A stretch of 64,000 bases of DNA, from NCBI RefSeq assembly GCF_964355755.1, contig NC_092672.1, positions 372,001-436,000 of the forward strand, written 5' to 3'. The position numbers and the translations under genes were made by a program. Positions 12,319 through 25,969 of this stretch are shown in pieces (positions within the stretch are counted from its first letter, which is position 1; every line of letters begins with the position of its first letter). The notes under the pieces are model-generated. The model did no database searches. It was not told the DNA's origin and saw only the letters and a list, made by a program, of their open reading frames with translations. This DNA is from Antedon mediterranea (Eukaryota; Animalia; Echinodermata).

Positions 12319-15300
12319 ATGAACATAGAAAGTCTTCCGTTACCATCGATCATTAGACAAAAGCTCTTTGGAGCTGGTTTTCTTACTCTTGATGATTTTA
12401 ATGGGTTGAAACCGTCTCAACTTTCAAAAGGTAAGCATGTCGCGGTACCTTAAATAACGGCCTAGCTTAGGCCCTGGCCCTATGTCGGATTACTATCTAC
12501 ACACATCGGCTTCCGCCCCAATCTTGCCGGCCCGTGACTAGTCTGTTGTCTATGTTTATGTTCATTCTGATTGGTCAGTTTTGGCTGTTACTTTCCTGGA
12601 ATTAAATATCTCTAGGCTAGAGTAGAAGAGGCTGGTGATGAATGGTTAAAAAAATCTTTTTTTTATTTTAGCTTAATTATAATTTGTTAACAACTTATTG
12701 AAAAGAATGCTTTTTTAATACATTGTCATTGTTGTGTGTGTGATGTTGGTTGGTACTTGACATTCACCAGAGATATTATTTTATAGCGCAATATGCTTTT
12801 ATTTTACCATGAGCCACGAGAATCTTTGTAAATTGTATGTTATTACCATTTTTGTTTTACTTTGAAGAACTTAATAGTTCATTAGAAGAAGCATGTGAAG
12901 TCTTAAAAGCAATTGATGATGTGAATCTGGTCCGGAACACGTTAAAAGATGGCACTAATGGATGTCGGATGGCCTTGGAGATCCTGCAAGAGGAACAAAG
13001 ACAACAAAGCATCATCACCTTCTGTGAAGAGATTGATGATATGTTAGGGGGCGGTATTCCCCTTGGAAAGACGACAGAAATATGTGGTGCTCCTGGTGTG
13101 GGAAAGACACAAATGTGGTTAGTAGAAAATGGTATTACCTCTCTTATATAAATTAACCGTTCCCTTCAATTTCTATTTTTTCATTAATTAATAATTTTTC
13201 AAAAAGAACATAACAAATAGGTTATAACAAAACAAAAAAACAAAAAGAAATAGCTCAAAATCCAAATGACTGGTTAAAACCACAATGCAGAATGAATCAC
13301 TTTCAAGTGGCTCACCAAAATGCAGAATGAATCACTTTCAAGTGGCTCACCAAAATTGAAAATAGTTTTTCCATTTATAATTCTAGTACTGTATGCAATT
13401 TAAACAAATTTACTAACAGTATAACTTAATTTGGATTTACAGTTTCTTGCGCGAGTGTTTTTGTGTAGAAATTGAATTCATTGTTGGGGGTAGCCACGAG
13501 CGGAAAAACAATCATACAAAAAATCTAAATTTTAAAGTAAAAAAGTTGGCTTCTGAGAGTGTGTCCAGTAAAAGAGGTCACAGGGAGACTCAGTTGTAGA
13601 ACAATTGTTTTCACAATCCCCTTTTTTTATTTCTGAGAACAGCATGCAATTGGCAGTTGATGTCCAAATTCCAACCGTTTTTGGCGGAATTGAAGGAGAA
13701 GCTTTGTACATAGACACAGAAGGTAGCTTTATCGTAGAAAGAGCATCGGAGATTGCCACAGCTGTAGTAGAACATTGTGGACGTATAGCAGCAAGCCAAC
13801 AGAATCATGGTAAGCAAACTCCCTCCAAACGATTGGCACAAACTAGTTTGACGAGAAAAGTGTGCCCAAATATGGTAGTGATATGGCATTATCACAATTT
13901 TTTGTCACATACAAAGCTTTATACTTTGTGATTTTTAATTTACATTGCATAATAATTGTAATGCTGTGAAATTCAGATTTTACTGCGATATTTACAAACG
14001 TGATCTTTATGTGAACCTGCATAAAGTTCAGAAATAATGTGCTCTTTAATTCTTTCTAACATACATGAGCAGGTTAGCAAGAAAAAATGTTTTTGTTTTC
14101 ACATTTGTTTTAGATCAACTGAACGCAATGATTACATTTACAGAAGATAGTGTACTGTCTGGAATTCATTACTCAAGATGCCAAGACTTTGTGGAACTCA
14201 TTGCGTTCATAAATACTCTACCCAAGTTCCTCAGCTCACATCCTAAGGTGTTGTTAACATATTGCGTTCATAAATACTCTACCCAAATTTCTCAGCTCAC
14301 ATCCTAAGGTGTTCTTTAACATATTGCTTTCATACTCTACCCAAATTTATCAGCTCACATTATCCTAAGGTCTTGTTTTAACATATTGCATTCATAAATA
14401 CTCTACCCAAATAAGGTCTTGTTTTAACATATTGCATTCATATATACTCTACCCAAATAAGGTCTTGTTGTTAACATATTGCATTCATAAATACTCTACC
14501 CAAATAAGGTCTTGTTTTAACATATTGCATTCATAAATACTCTACCCAAATAAGGTCTTGTTGTTAACATATTGCATTCATATATACTCTACCCAAATAA
14601 GGTCTTGTTGTTAACATATTGCATTCATAAATACTCTACCCAAATAAGGTCTTGTTGTTAACATATTGCATTCATAAATACTCTACCCAAATAAGGTCTT
14701 GTTTTAACATATTGCATTCATAAATACTCTACCCAAATAAGGTCTTGTTTTAACATATTGCATTCATAAATACTCTACCCAAATAAGGTCTTGTTTTAAC
14801 ATATTGCATTCATAAATACTCTACCCAAATAAGGTCTTGTTTTAACATATTGCATTCATAAATACTCTACCCAAATAAGGTCTTGTTTTAACATATTGCA
14901 TTCATAAATACTCTACCCAAATAAGGTCTTGTTTTAACATATTGCATTCATAAATACTCTACCCAAATAAGGTCTTGTTGTTAACATATTGCATTCATAA
15001 ATACTCTACCCAAATAAGGTCTTGTTGTTAACATATTGCATTCATAAATACTCTACCCTAATAAGGCCTTGTTTTAAGATATTGCGTTCATAAATACTCT
15101 ACCCAAATAAGGTCTTTTTTTAACATATTGCATTCATAAATACTCTACCCAAATAAGGTCTTGTTTTAACATATTGCATTCATAAATACTCTACCCAAAT
15201 AAGGTTTGTTTTAACATATTGCATTCTTAAATACTCTACCCAAATAAGGTCTTGTTTTAACATATTGCATTCATAAATACTCTACCCAAATAAGGTCTTG

Positions 15301-18300
15301 TTTTAACATAATTATTGCATTCATAAATACTCTACCCAAATAAGGTCTTGTTTTAACATATTGCATTCATAAATACTCTACCCTAAGGTCTTGTTTTAAC
15401 ATATTGCATTCATAAATACTCTACCCAAATAAGGTCTTGTTGTTAACATATTGCATTCATAAATACTCTACCCAAATAAGGTCTTGTTGTTAACATATTG
15501 CATTCATAAATACTCTACCCTAATAAGGCCTTGTTTTAAGTTATTGCGTTCATAAATACTCTACCCAAATAAGGTCTTTTTTTAACATATTGTGTTCATA
15601 AATACTCTACCCAAATAAGGTCTTGTTTTAACATATTGCATTCATAAATATACTCTACCCAAATAAGGTCTTGTTTTAACATATTGCATTCATAAATACT
15701 CTACCCAAATAAGGTCTTGTTGTTAACATATTGCATTCATAAATACTCTACCCAAATAAGGTCTTGTTAACATATTGCATTCATAAATACTCTACCCAAA
15801 TAAGGTCTTGTTTTAACATATTGCATTCATAAATACTCTACCCAAATAAGGTCTTGTTTTAACATATTGCATTCATAAATACTCTATCCAAATAAGGTCT
15901 TGTTTTAACATATTGCATTCATAAATACTCTACCCAAATAAGGTCTTGTTGTTAACATATTGCATTCATAAATACTCTACCCAAATAAGGTCTTGTTAAC
16001 ATATTGCATTCATAAATACTCTACCCAAATAAGGTCTTGTTGTTAACATATTGCATTCATAAATACTCTACCCTAATAAGGCCTTGTTTTAAGATATTGC
16101 GTTCATAAATACTCTACCCAAATAAGGTCTTTTTTTAACATATTGCGTTCATAAATACTCTACCCAAATAAGGTCTTGTTTTAACATATATTGCATTCAT
16201 AAATACTCTACCCAAATAAGGTCTTGTTTTAACATATTGCATTCATAAATACTCTACCCAAATAAGGTCTTGTTTTAACATATTGCATTCATAAATACTC
16301 TACCCAAATAAGGTCTTGTTTTAACATATTGCATTCATAAATACTCTACCCAAATAAGGTCTTGTTGTTAACATATTGCATTCATAAATACTCTACCCAA
16401 ATAAGGTCTTGTTGTTAACATATTGCATTCATAAATACTCTACCCTAATAAGGCCTTGTTTTAACATATTGAGTTCATAAATACTCTACCCAATAAGGTC
16501 TTGTTTTAACATATTGCGTTCATAAATACTCTACCCAAATAAGGTCTTGTTTTAACATATTGCATTCATAAATACTCTACCCAAATAAGGTCTTGTTGTT
16601 AACATATTGCATTCATAAATACTCTACCCAAATAAGGTCTTGTTGTTAACATAATTGCATTCATAAATACTCTACCCAAATAAGGTCTTGTTTTAACATA
16701 TTGCATTCATAAATACTCTATACAAATAAGGTCTTGTTGTTAACATATTGCATTCATAAATACTCTACCCAAATAAGGTCTTGTTGTTAACATATTGCAT
16801 TCATAAATACTCTACCCAAATAAGGTCTTGTTGTTAACATTTTAAGGTGTAAGACCAGTTTTTAATTCTACAGTTTAATATATTATTCCAAAAAAAATTT
16901 CCAAATAAATATATAAGCAGATAACATATTAATATTTTATTTCTTATTTTAGGTACGAATTATAATTATAGATAGTGTGGCATTCCATTTTCGACATGAT
17001 ATTGACAACTTATCATTGAGAACTCGACTTCTAAATGGACTCGCACAGAATCTTATCAAGCTCGCAATGGAGAATACTATTGCGGTAAGGTGTCTGCTTT
17101 TGTTATTTTTATTTTCAACTTTGTTTATAGAGGGTAACCTATCCAGCTGGACCAATTAATGCCAGTAGATATTTAGGGGCCCTCTTAAATAACAATAAAA
17201 TACATAAAAATGATAAATAACATTTTTATTTATCTTAAATATAAATGGAACAGTCCTCATATTTCAGCACTTACAACAGCCATCAAATAGTACACCCTCA
17301 TATTTCAGCACTTACAACAGCCATCAAATAGTACACCCTCATATTTCAGCACTTACAACAGCCATCAAATAGTACACCCTCATATTTCAGCACTTACAAC
17401 AGCCATCAAATAGTACACCCTCATATTTCAGCACTTACAACAGCCATCAAATAGTACACCCTCATATTTCAGCACTTACAACAGCCATCAAATAGTACAC
17501 CCTCATATTTCAGCACTTACAACAGCCATCAAATAGTACACCCTCATATTTCAGCACTTACAACAGCCATCAAATAGTACACCCTCATATTTCAGCACTT
17601 ACAACAGCCATCAAATAGTACACCCTCATATTTCAGCACTTACAACAGCCATCAAATAGTACACCCTCATATTTCAGCACTTACAACAGCCATCAAATAG
17701 TACACCCTCATATTTCAGCACTTACAACAGCCACCAAATAGTACACCCTCATATTGCAGCACTTACAACAGCCATCAAATAGTACACCCTCATATCTCAG
17801 CACTTACAACAGCCATCAAATAGTACACCCTCATATCTCAGCACTTACAACAGCCATCAAATAGTACACCCTCATATTTCAGCACTTACAACAGCCATCA
17901 AATAGTACACCCTCATATTTCAGCACTTACAACAGCCATCAAATAGTACACCCTCATATTTCAGCACTTACAACAGCCATCAAATAGTACACCCTCATAT
18001 TTCAGCACTTACAACAGCCATCAAATAGTACACCCTCATATTTCAGCACTTACAACAGCCATCAAATAGTACACCCTCATATTTCAGCACTTTCAACAGC
18101 CATCAAATAGTACACCCTCATATTTCAGCACTTACAACAGACATCAAATAGTACACCCTCATATTTCAGCACTTACAACAGACATCAAATAGTACACCCT
18201 CATATTTCAGCACTTACAACAGCCATCAAATAGTACACCCTCATATTTCAGCACTTACAACAGCCATCAAATAGTACACCCTCATATTTCAGCACTTACA

Positions 18301-21300
18301 ACAGCCATCAAATAGTACACCCTCATATTTCAGCACTTACAACAGCCATCAAATAGTACACCCTCATATTTCACCACTTACAACAGACATCAAATAGTAC
18401 ACCCTTATATTTCACCACTTACAACAGACATCAAATAGTACACCCTCATATTTCACCACTTACAACAGACATCAAATAGTACACCCTCATATTTCACCAC
18501 TTACAACAGACATCAAATAGTACACCCTCATATTTCAGCACTTACAACAGCCATCAAATAGTACACCCTCATATTTCAGCACTTACAACAGCCATCAAAT
18601 AGTACACCCTCATATTTCACCACTTACAACAGACATCAAATAGTACACCCTCATATTTCAGCACTTACAACAGACATCAAATAGTACACCCTCATATTTC
18701 AGCACTTACAACAGCCATCAAATAGTACACCCTCATATTTCAGCACTTACAACAGCCATCAAATAGTACACCCTCATATTTCAGCACTTACAACAGCCAT
18801 CAAATAGTACACCCTCATATTTCAGCACTTACAACAGCCATCAAATAGTACACCCTCATATTTCAGCACTTACAACAGCCATCAAATAGTACACCCTCAT
18901 ATTTCAGCACTTACAACAGCCATCAAATAGTACACCCTCATATTTCAGCACTTACAACAGCCATCAAATAGTACACCCTCATATTTCAGCACTTACAACA
19001 GCCACCAAATAGTACACCCTCATATTGCAGCACTTACAACAGCCATCAAATAGTACACCCTCATATCTCAGCACTTACAACAGCCATCAAATAGTACACC
19101 CTCATATCTCAGCACTTACAACAGCCATCAAATAGTACACCCTCATATTTCAGCACTTACAACAGCCATCAAATAGTACACCCTCATATTTCAGCACTTA
19201 CAACAGCCATCAAATAGTACACCCTCATATTTCAGCACTTACAACAGCCATCAAATAGTACACCCTCATATTTCAGCACTTACAACAGCCATCAAATAGT
19301 ACACCCTCATATTTCAGCACTTACAACAGCCATCAAATAGTACACCCTCATATTTCAGCACTTTCAACAGCCATCAAATAGTACACCCTCATATTTCAGC
19401 ACTTACAACAGACATCAAATAGTACACCCTCATATTTCAGCACTTACAACAGACATCAAATAGTACACCCTCATATTTCAGCACTTACAACAGCCATCAA
19501 ATAGTACACCCTCATATTTCAGCACTTACAACAGCCATCAAATAGTACACCCTCATATTTCAGCACTTACAACAGCCATCAAATAGTACACCCTCATATT
19601 TCAGCACTTACAACAGCCATCAAATAGTACACCCTCATATTTCACCACTTACAACAGACATCAAATAGTACACCCTTATATTTCACCACTTACAACAGAC
19701 ATCAAATAGTACACCCTCATATTTCACCACTTACAACAGACATCAAATAGTACACCCTCATATTTCACCACTTACAACAGACATCAAATAGTACACCCTC
19801 ATATTTCAGCACTTACAACAGCCATCAAATAGTACACCCTCATATTTCAGCACTTACAACAGCCATCAAATAGTACACCCTCATATTTCACCACTTACAA
19901 CAGACATCAAATAGTACACCCTCATATTTCAGCACTTACAACAGACATCAAATAGTACACCCTCATATTTCAGCACTTACAACAGCCATCAAATAGTACA
20001 CCCTCATATTTCAGCACTTACAACAGCCATCAAATAGTACACCCTCATATTTCAGCACTTACAACAGCCATCAAATAGTACACCCTCATATTTCAGCACT
20101 TACAACAGCCATCAAATAGTACACCCTCATATTTCAGCACTTACAACAGCCATCAAATAGTACACCCTCATATTTCAGCACTTACAACAGCCATCAAATA
20201 GTACACCCTCATATTTCAGTATATTAATTCACAAAATTGAAATATTAGAGTACACACCTAATTTTGAGGTACACACCTACTGTGTAATTGGTGACAGTGG
20301 CTTAGGCTGCTTTTGTGCTTTCCTGGCAGCTAGTATGATGAAACTATGATTTTTATATTTTCTCTTTGCGTCATGTTTGCTTAACTTGTATAATGTATCT
20401 TTTTTCTCTTTAAGTAATATATATTGTTTGAAGGTTTGCATAGCAAACAGAACTAGATACTGTACGTGGTGTACCGCAAACTTTATATGAAAAAAATTGA
20501 AATCATTGAATTTTTTCAGGTGGTCCTAACAAACCAAATGACAACAAAGTTTGGTGGTGAAGACGGAAGCTCGCGCTTAATTCCTGCTTTAGGAGAAAGT
20601 TGGGGGCATGCTGCGACCATCAGAATGATACTCTATTGGCAAGCAAGTCAAAGGTATTGTTGTCTATAGGAATAATGTCTTAACTGGAGTTATAGTTCAT
20701 AGTTATGAATGTTGGCTATATAATAAATGATAAAACTAAGCACAAATCTTTTTATTTTATCTTTCATCGTTAACCATTACCTTTATTCATTCAATGTCCT
20801 AATTTTGTATACATCTTCTACCTATTTTTGTGTATTATTCTGTTTGTGTATAGATTGTTAACATATATCATACTTATTAATACTATCACCCCATTACATT
20901 ATTTATGTTACAGTAATGCTAACAAATTGTAATACTTCTCTTTCATCTATAACTCTCATCTAAACATGAATCTTGCTTGTACCTAAGAAAGAAGTCTTGA
21001 GCAAATCTATGTTGGTGAATGTAGAACAAATTAAACACTATAAAAAACATTAGTTAATTCATATAGTGTTGTGATCAAAAGTTATTCTATGTTTTATGAA
21101 GAATCGTTATTCCAAATAATTATTAATAAATTAAATAATAAAATATATTTGTTTAGGTTAGCAATGCTATATAAGTCACCCTCAAGACAAGAAAAAACTG
21201 TACCATACCAAGTGGCGGTGAGAAGAATTAGCACAGCTTTCTTTTTTTGTAGATCCAATAGATTGTAAAGTATTAAAATTGGTACTTACTACGACGTTGT

Positions 21301-21896
21301 GCAAACATCCAGTTTGCTTTCGTAAGTATCAATGTCGCAGCAAAACACAGCGCCCTCAAAAAACACTGAGGTGACGTATTGACCAGATGGTAACCAAAAT
21401 CAACAGTCTATTGGATCACAAAAATGACAAATTTTCTTATGTGATATTAGGATCCAACGTAAATTGTTTTTTCTTATATAATATTAGGATCCAAAGTAAA
21501 TTGTTTCTTATATAATATTAGGATCCAAATTAAATTGTTTCAAGATTTTAGAATTAGCACTCTTTCATATATTTCGTCAAAGTATTGTTTTTCCGTTTTT
21601 AATTAATAGTTAATCAACAAACAAGCTAGTGGTAAATACTGTTATTAATATTTACTATTTAAATTTAAAATAAAAAAGAGATTTTCTTTTTATTATAAAG
21701 TATTCCTAGTCCTTTGCTTCTCTTATAAAGTATATATTTTGTTATGGTTTAAATTATGTTTTAAATTCACTTCTTGATTTTTCAGAAATGTGGTATAAGA
21801 AGCAATCCAAGTGAGGTATTTGGACAAAAATGGCAACAAAAGTTAACAGTTGAAGAAAACCCTGCAAAACGCAGAAAAGTGTCGTCAAAGAACTAA
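12319..21896 (+). CDS. RAD51C: DNA repair protein RAD51 homolog 3 (RAD51C)
   Basis: Exons 12319-12430, 12868-13117, 13643-13809, 14114-14247, 16953-17084, 20520-20653, 21157-21217, 21786-21896, all GT-AG and in phase. Walker A GAPGVGKT, Walker [59 protein letters not shown], and a C-terminal basic NLS-like PAKRRKV. Confidence 0.96.
14201..16840. repeat. 46/47-bp satellite ATTGCATTCATAAATACTCTACCCAAATAAGGTCTTGTTTTAACAT, >50 copies, starting inside RAD51C exon 4
   Basis: Read directly; the first and longest unit is coding sequence. Confidence 0.97.
17256..20219. repeat. 41-bp satellite CCTCATATTTCAGCACTTACAACAGCCATCAAATAGTACAC, ~72 copies
   Basis: Read directly; RAD51C intron 5. Confidence 0.98.
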
Positions 21897-21949
21897 AAAC
21901 TTCACCCTAATGAACATTATTCTTATCAAGTGCTTTCTTTAAATATATA

Positions 21950-22128
21950 AACACAACAGACACAGAACATGAATTCTAAACAGCCCGGTGATATCTGAAA
22001 TTTAATTTGAAACAATAAAGATTAGGAAGTCTTTGAGATTGAGAAAAAGCCATGTCAACCAAGATTCAAACACAGAACCTTCTGCTTGATATGCAGATGA
22101 CCTAACCATTAGACCACTGGGGCTTTCA
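21950..22128 (-). mobile_element. Degenerate tRNA-derived SINE-like element just downstream of the RAD51C stop
   Basis: Minus strand GTGGTCTAATGGTTAGG (A box), TCTGC-loop-GCAGA stem and a decayed B box GTTTGAATC. Boundaries approximate. Confidence 0.5.
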
Positions 22129-23097
22129 TGGTATTGTTCAAATTCGATTTGATAGCGACTTATTCTCGGTGTGGTACAGTGGAACAGCACTACTGCAGTC
22201 CCTTTCTTTACATTTATATATACATATATTAGTTCTAAAGTTATGAAATTCCCAAATATGGCAGTGATATGACATCATAATGTCAATATAAGGACACATT
22301 TTTTTTGTCCATAAAGTGTAGACAGAGCTTGCTTCATAATTTATAAACCATTGGAAAACTTATGTTTATCAAGACAGTTGATATTGATACTGTACTACAG
22401 TTTTTACAGGTTTTGCAGTATAGTATATTTATTGTGTAAAGTACAATCCGCAAAGTTTAGAAAAATCACGGAAATAATATCACTTTTACCTAACAATAAT
22501 ATAAATATTGTAAGGACAATTTTGAAATCAATCGCCTTTAAATTTGTTTATTTTATGTGGAACTAGCAATTATACCCGCCCCAGGGCGGGTTTCAAAATT
22601 AGTTTACAGCCTTCTCAGTACATAACACCCGACGCCAGTATCTGTCTATACTCACCAACATCCACCCCTCAATAACACCCCATACTCTTTCTTAAAAACA
22701 AATTCTTCCCAGTGATGGACAAATTCAATTCAACCTAAGCTTCGAATTGAGAGGAGTATTCATAACTACGATGGGTCTAATAATGGTTGTAGTACGTTGT
22801 AAATTGTGTAAATGAATAGGTGTCATATTGGCTGATAATTAAAATTTGTAATTTAGATACTGCGGGCACCCAGCCTTCTTTCTCCTTTCACCACCCCAGC
22901 CACCATCAACAAACCTTAACTCCTCCCCTGGACAGTTCAAATTTAGTAACTTTTCCTAGTACAATCCAATCATATAGGCTACTTCATTACGCTAGTATTT
23001 TTGCTCCTCCTCCCCCTACAAAAAACACACCCCAGATACACTGGGTGATGTGTTGAAGCTGGTTCCAGTACAATTTATATTATTATCACTCCCAACC

Positions 23098-24817
23098 GTA
23101 TCCGGATATTCACCCCCTGGACATTTACCCCCCGGACAACTACCCCCCGGACAACCACCACCTGGACCACTACCCCCTTAGGACAACTACCCCTTTAGGA
23201 CAACTACCTCCCGGACAAATACCCTCCGGACAACTACCCCCTTAGGACAACAACCCCCTTAGGACAACTACCCCCTGGACAACTACCCCCCGGACAATTA
23301 CCCCCTAGGAACAATTACCCCCCGGACAATTACCCCCCGGACAATTACCCCCCGGACAATTACCACCCAGAAAACTATCCCTTTAGAACACCCTAACCAC
23401 CCAGACCATTCAACAACCTGACTCTGCAACTATTAATTAATAACTATATTTTAATTCGTTACTTTGACGAATTACTATTCATTATTGTAAACAAAAGTAA
23501 AAGATTGAACATAAATATAGCCTGGTGGTATAAACTGAAGATTGTCACACATGATCATAGGATAGTCGAACGTATTATATAGTACTCCATGTATTTACTG
23601 TAAAGACTGGGTTCGCTAATAATAATAATAATTTTTGCGTCAGGACAATGCTTCGATAACCACTGGTCTTAAAAGAATTAATTTTTGTCTCAAATTTGTC
23701 ATATATGTATTTTTGTACACTTGAAGAATAATATCACTTTTGATATTTGACCTCAATGTTCACTCACCGAATAAACGTCGATCTTTAAATAAATTCCCCT
23801 CAAATAAACGGTGACCATGTCACTCCTATGAAACATCATATGGAATAATCGGCGTCTATTTCCATTAGATTATACCCCCTCCCATTGAATAAACAACTTT
23901 CTTCCAATAAATGTCCACCTAAAAACCACCTAAACAATAAACAGCCCAGGCCATTTTTTCAATAAATACGGTACTTTAAATCTAGCACATCTAGGGTCTA
24001 GCGTGCTGTTAAACAGAATAATCGGTTAAAAACGGGTGTTTCGAAACTAGAGACCCGAGACCAGAGACCAGAGACCCGAGACCCAATACGAAAAGGGAGA
24101 CCTAAATATAGGAAAAGGGAGACCCATGTACGAAAAGGGAGACCCCACTATACGAAAAGGGAGACCCCACTATACGAAAAGGGAGACCCTAATATACGAA
24201 AAGGGAGACCTAAATATACGAAAAGGGAGACCAAATATACGAAAAGGGAGACCAAAATATACGAAATGGGAAACCTAAATATACGAAAAGGGAGACCCAC
24301 TATAAGAAAAGGGAGACCCCACTATACGAAAAGAGAGACCACACTATACGAAAAGGGAGACCCTAATATACGAAAAGGGAGACCCAAATATAGGTCTCCC
24401 TTTTCGTATTGGGTCTCGTGTCAGGTCTCTGGTCTCGGGTCTCTAGTTTCGAAACACCCGTTAAAAACAGATGATTTCATTTTTACAGAAACCGGTCCTA
24501 TATTATATTTGTCTACTTTTGGATTGGGGGGGGGGGGGGTAGTTGACCGGGGGGTAGTTGACCGGGGGTAGTTGACCGGGGGTAGTTGACCGGGGGGTAG
24601 TTGACCGGGGGGTAGTTATCCTAAGGGGGTAGTTGTCCTAAGGGGGTGGTTGTCCGGGGGGTAGTTGTCCGGGGGGTTGTTATCCTAAGGGGGTAGTTGT
24701 CCTAAGGGGGTAGTTGTCCGGGGGGTAGTTGTCCGGGGGTAGTTGTCCTAAGGGGGTAGTTGTCCGGGTGGTAAACATCCGGGGGGTAACTGTCTAGGGG
24801 GTAGGTGTCCTAGAACC
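23098..24817. mobile_element. Non-autonomous Mutator-like (foldback-type) element with repeat-array arms
   Basis: 9-bp TSD CTCCCAACC at 23089-23097 and 24818-24826. The left arm is an array of GGACAACTACCCCC (about 23110-23390) and the right arm is its reverse complement (about 24530-24812). Confidence 0.8.
24034..24459. mobile_element. Non-autonomous Mutator-like MITE nested in the previous element
   Basis: 9-bp TSD GTTAAAAAC at 24025-24033 and 24460-24468. Perfect TIRs GGGTGTTTCGAAACTAGAGACCCGAGACCAGAGACC; internal repeats of ATACGAAAAGGGAGACC. Confidence 0.9.
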
Positions 24818-25969
24818 CTCCCAACCCATAATCCCTCAGTGGCAGTTTTCAAATGTAGTTTAAAACATTCCAAATAAAGTTTCGGTCATGGTGATAGGCC
24901 TACATGCACATCCCCACCCCAAACTCCCATCCGCTTCCCAGGGATGATTAAATACTTTAAAAGTTTCCAACCACAATTCTGGTGTAAGCAAAATCCCCAC
25001 TCTCTCCTGAAACCAAACTCCCAAACCCTATCTCCCAACCCCACTCTCCCACAATGTACGTTTTTTTCCTTGGAGGATTGGTGATGTAGTTGAACACAGT
25101 AACAGTAAACAACATGTGTATGTTCACACAGGTATGGATGTCTGTAATGAGGCAATCCAAGAGACCAATAAATAGCTGGATATGGTTAAAGTACTTTGCT
25201 AAATGTGTAATTGAATAGGTGTCATATTGTTTAATGAATAAAATATGTATATCTATATCTATATTTCACCAAACGCCTTGCTGAGGATAATTCAAATACT
25301 GTAAAACTTTTGTAGTATAATTTTACAATTCGATAGCCTACAACCCCGAGCCCTAGCAAAAATGACATCACAAACCACCACACAAAAACCACCCCCCCCC
25401 CCTCCACCCATTCCACAAAAACCCCAGGAGTCGGGGGAATTTTTTTAAATGTAGTTTAAAACCTTCCGGGTACAATTGCCATCATTTTGATACCCCATAC
25501 CTATGGTTACGTGCAGAAACAGAAATTTGTATAACGAACAAACATCGAAAGTGGGGGTTTTGACCACATTTTGGTTCCTAACTTGGATCCTAGGTGGCGG
25601 ATGATGTTGAAATGTAGCTTAGAACATTCCCGGTACAATTGCGGTCATTTTGATACCCCATATGTAAGATTATGTGCAGTAACAAAAATGTGTATAACGA
25701 ACAAACAAACAAACAGACAGACAAACTCTCTCACTTATAATATAGATACCATTATTATTATTATCGAGAGCTGCACTGGGGGTGAAAGAACTGTATGGCT
25801 TATTCACTGACCGTCAGTGGTTCTAGAGCTGCATTTAAACAACACGGACCAGAAATACGGGATGGAAATGATAAAATGGTTGTCACTCACGGCGACTGAT
25901 AAAAAATAAGGGATGGAAATTACCCAGAGAATGGGTTGAAAACGGCGAGTGATACACAATAAAGGATGG

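Larger units (their letters stand above)
22563..25746 (-). mobile_element. Non-autonomous Helitron
   Basis: Minus strand begins A|TCTATATTATAAG, has a (CTGT/TTGT)n microsatellite near the 5' end, and ends with hairpin CCCGCCC-TG-GGGCGGG followed by ..CTAG|T. Inserted in an AT dinucleotide with no TSD. Confidence 0.8.

Noticed and set aside
24266-24571. ORF with repeated IRKGRP peptides
   Set aside because: Translation of MITE internal repeats; no transposase motifs.
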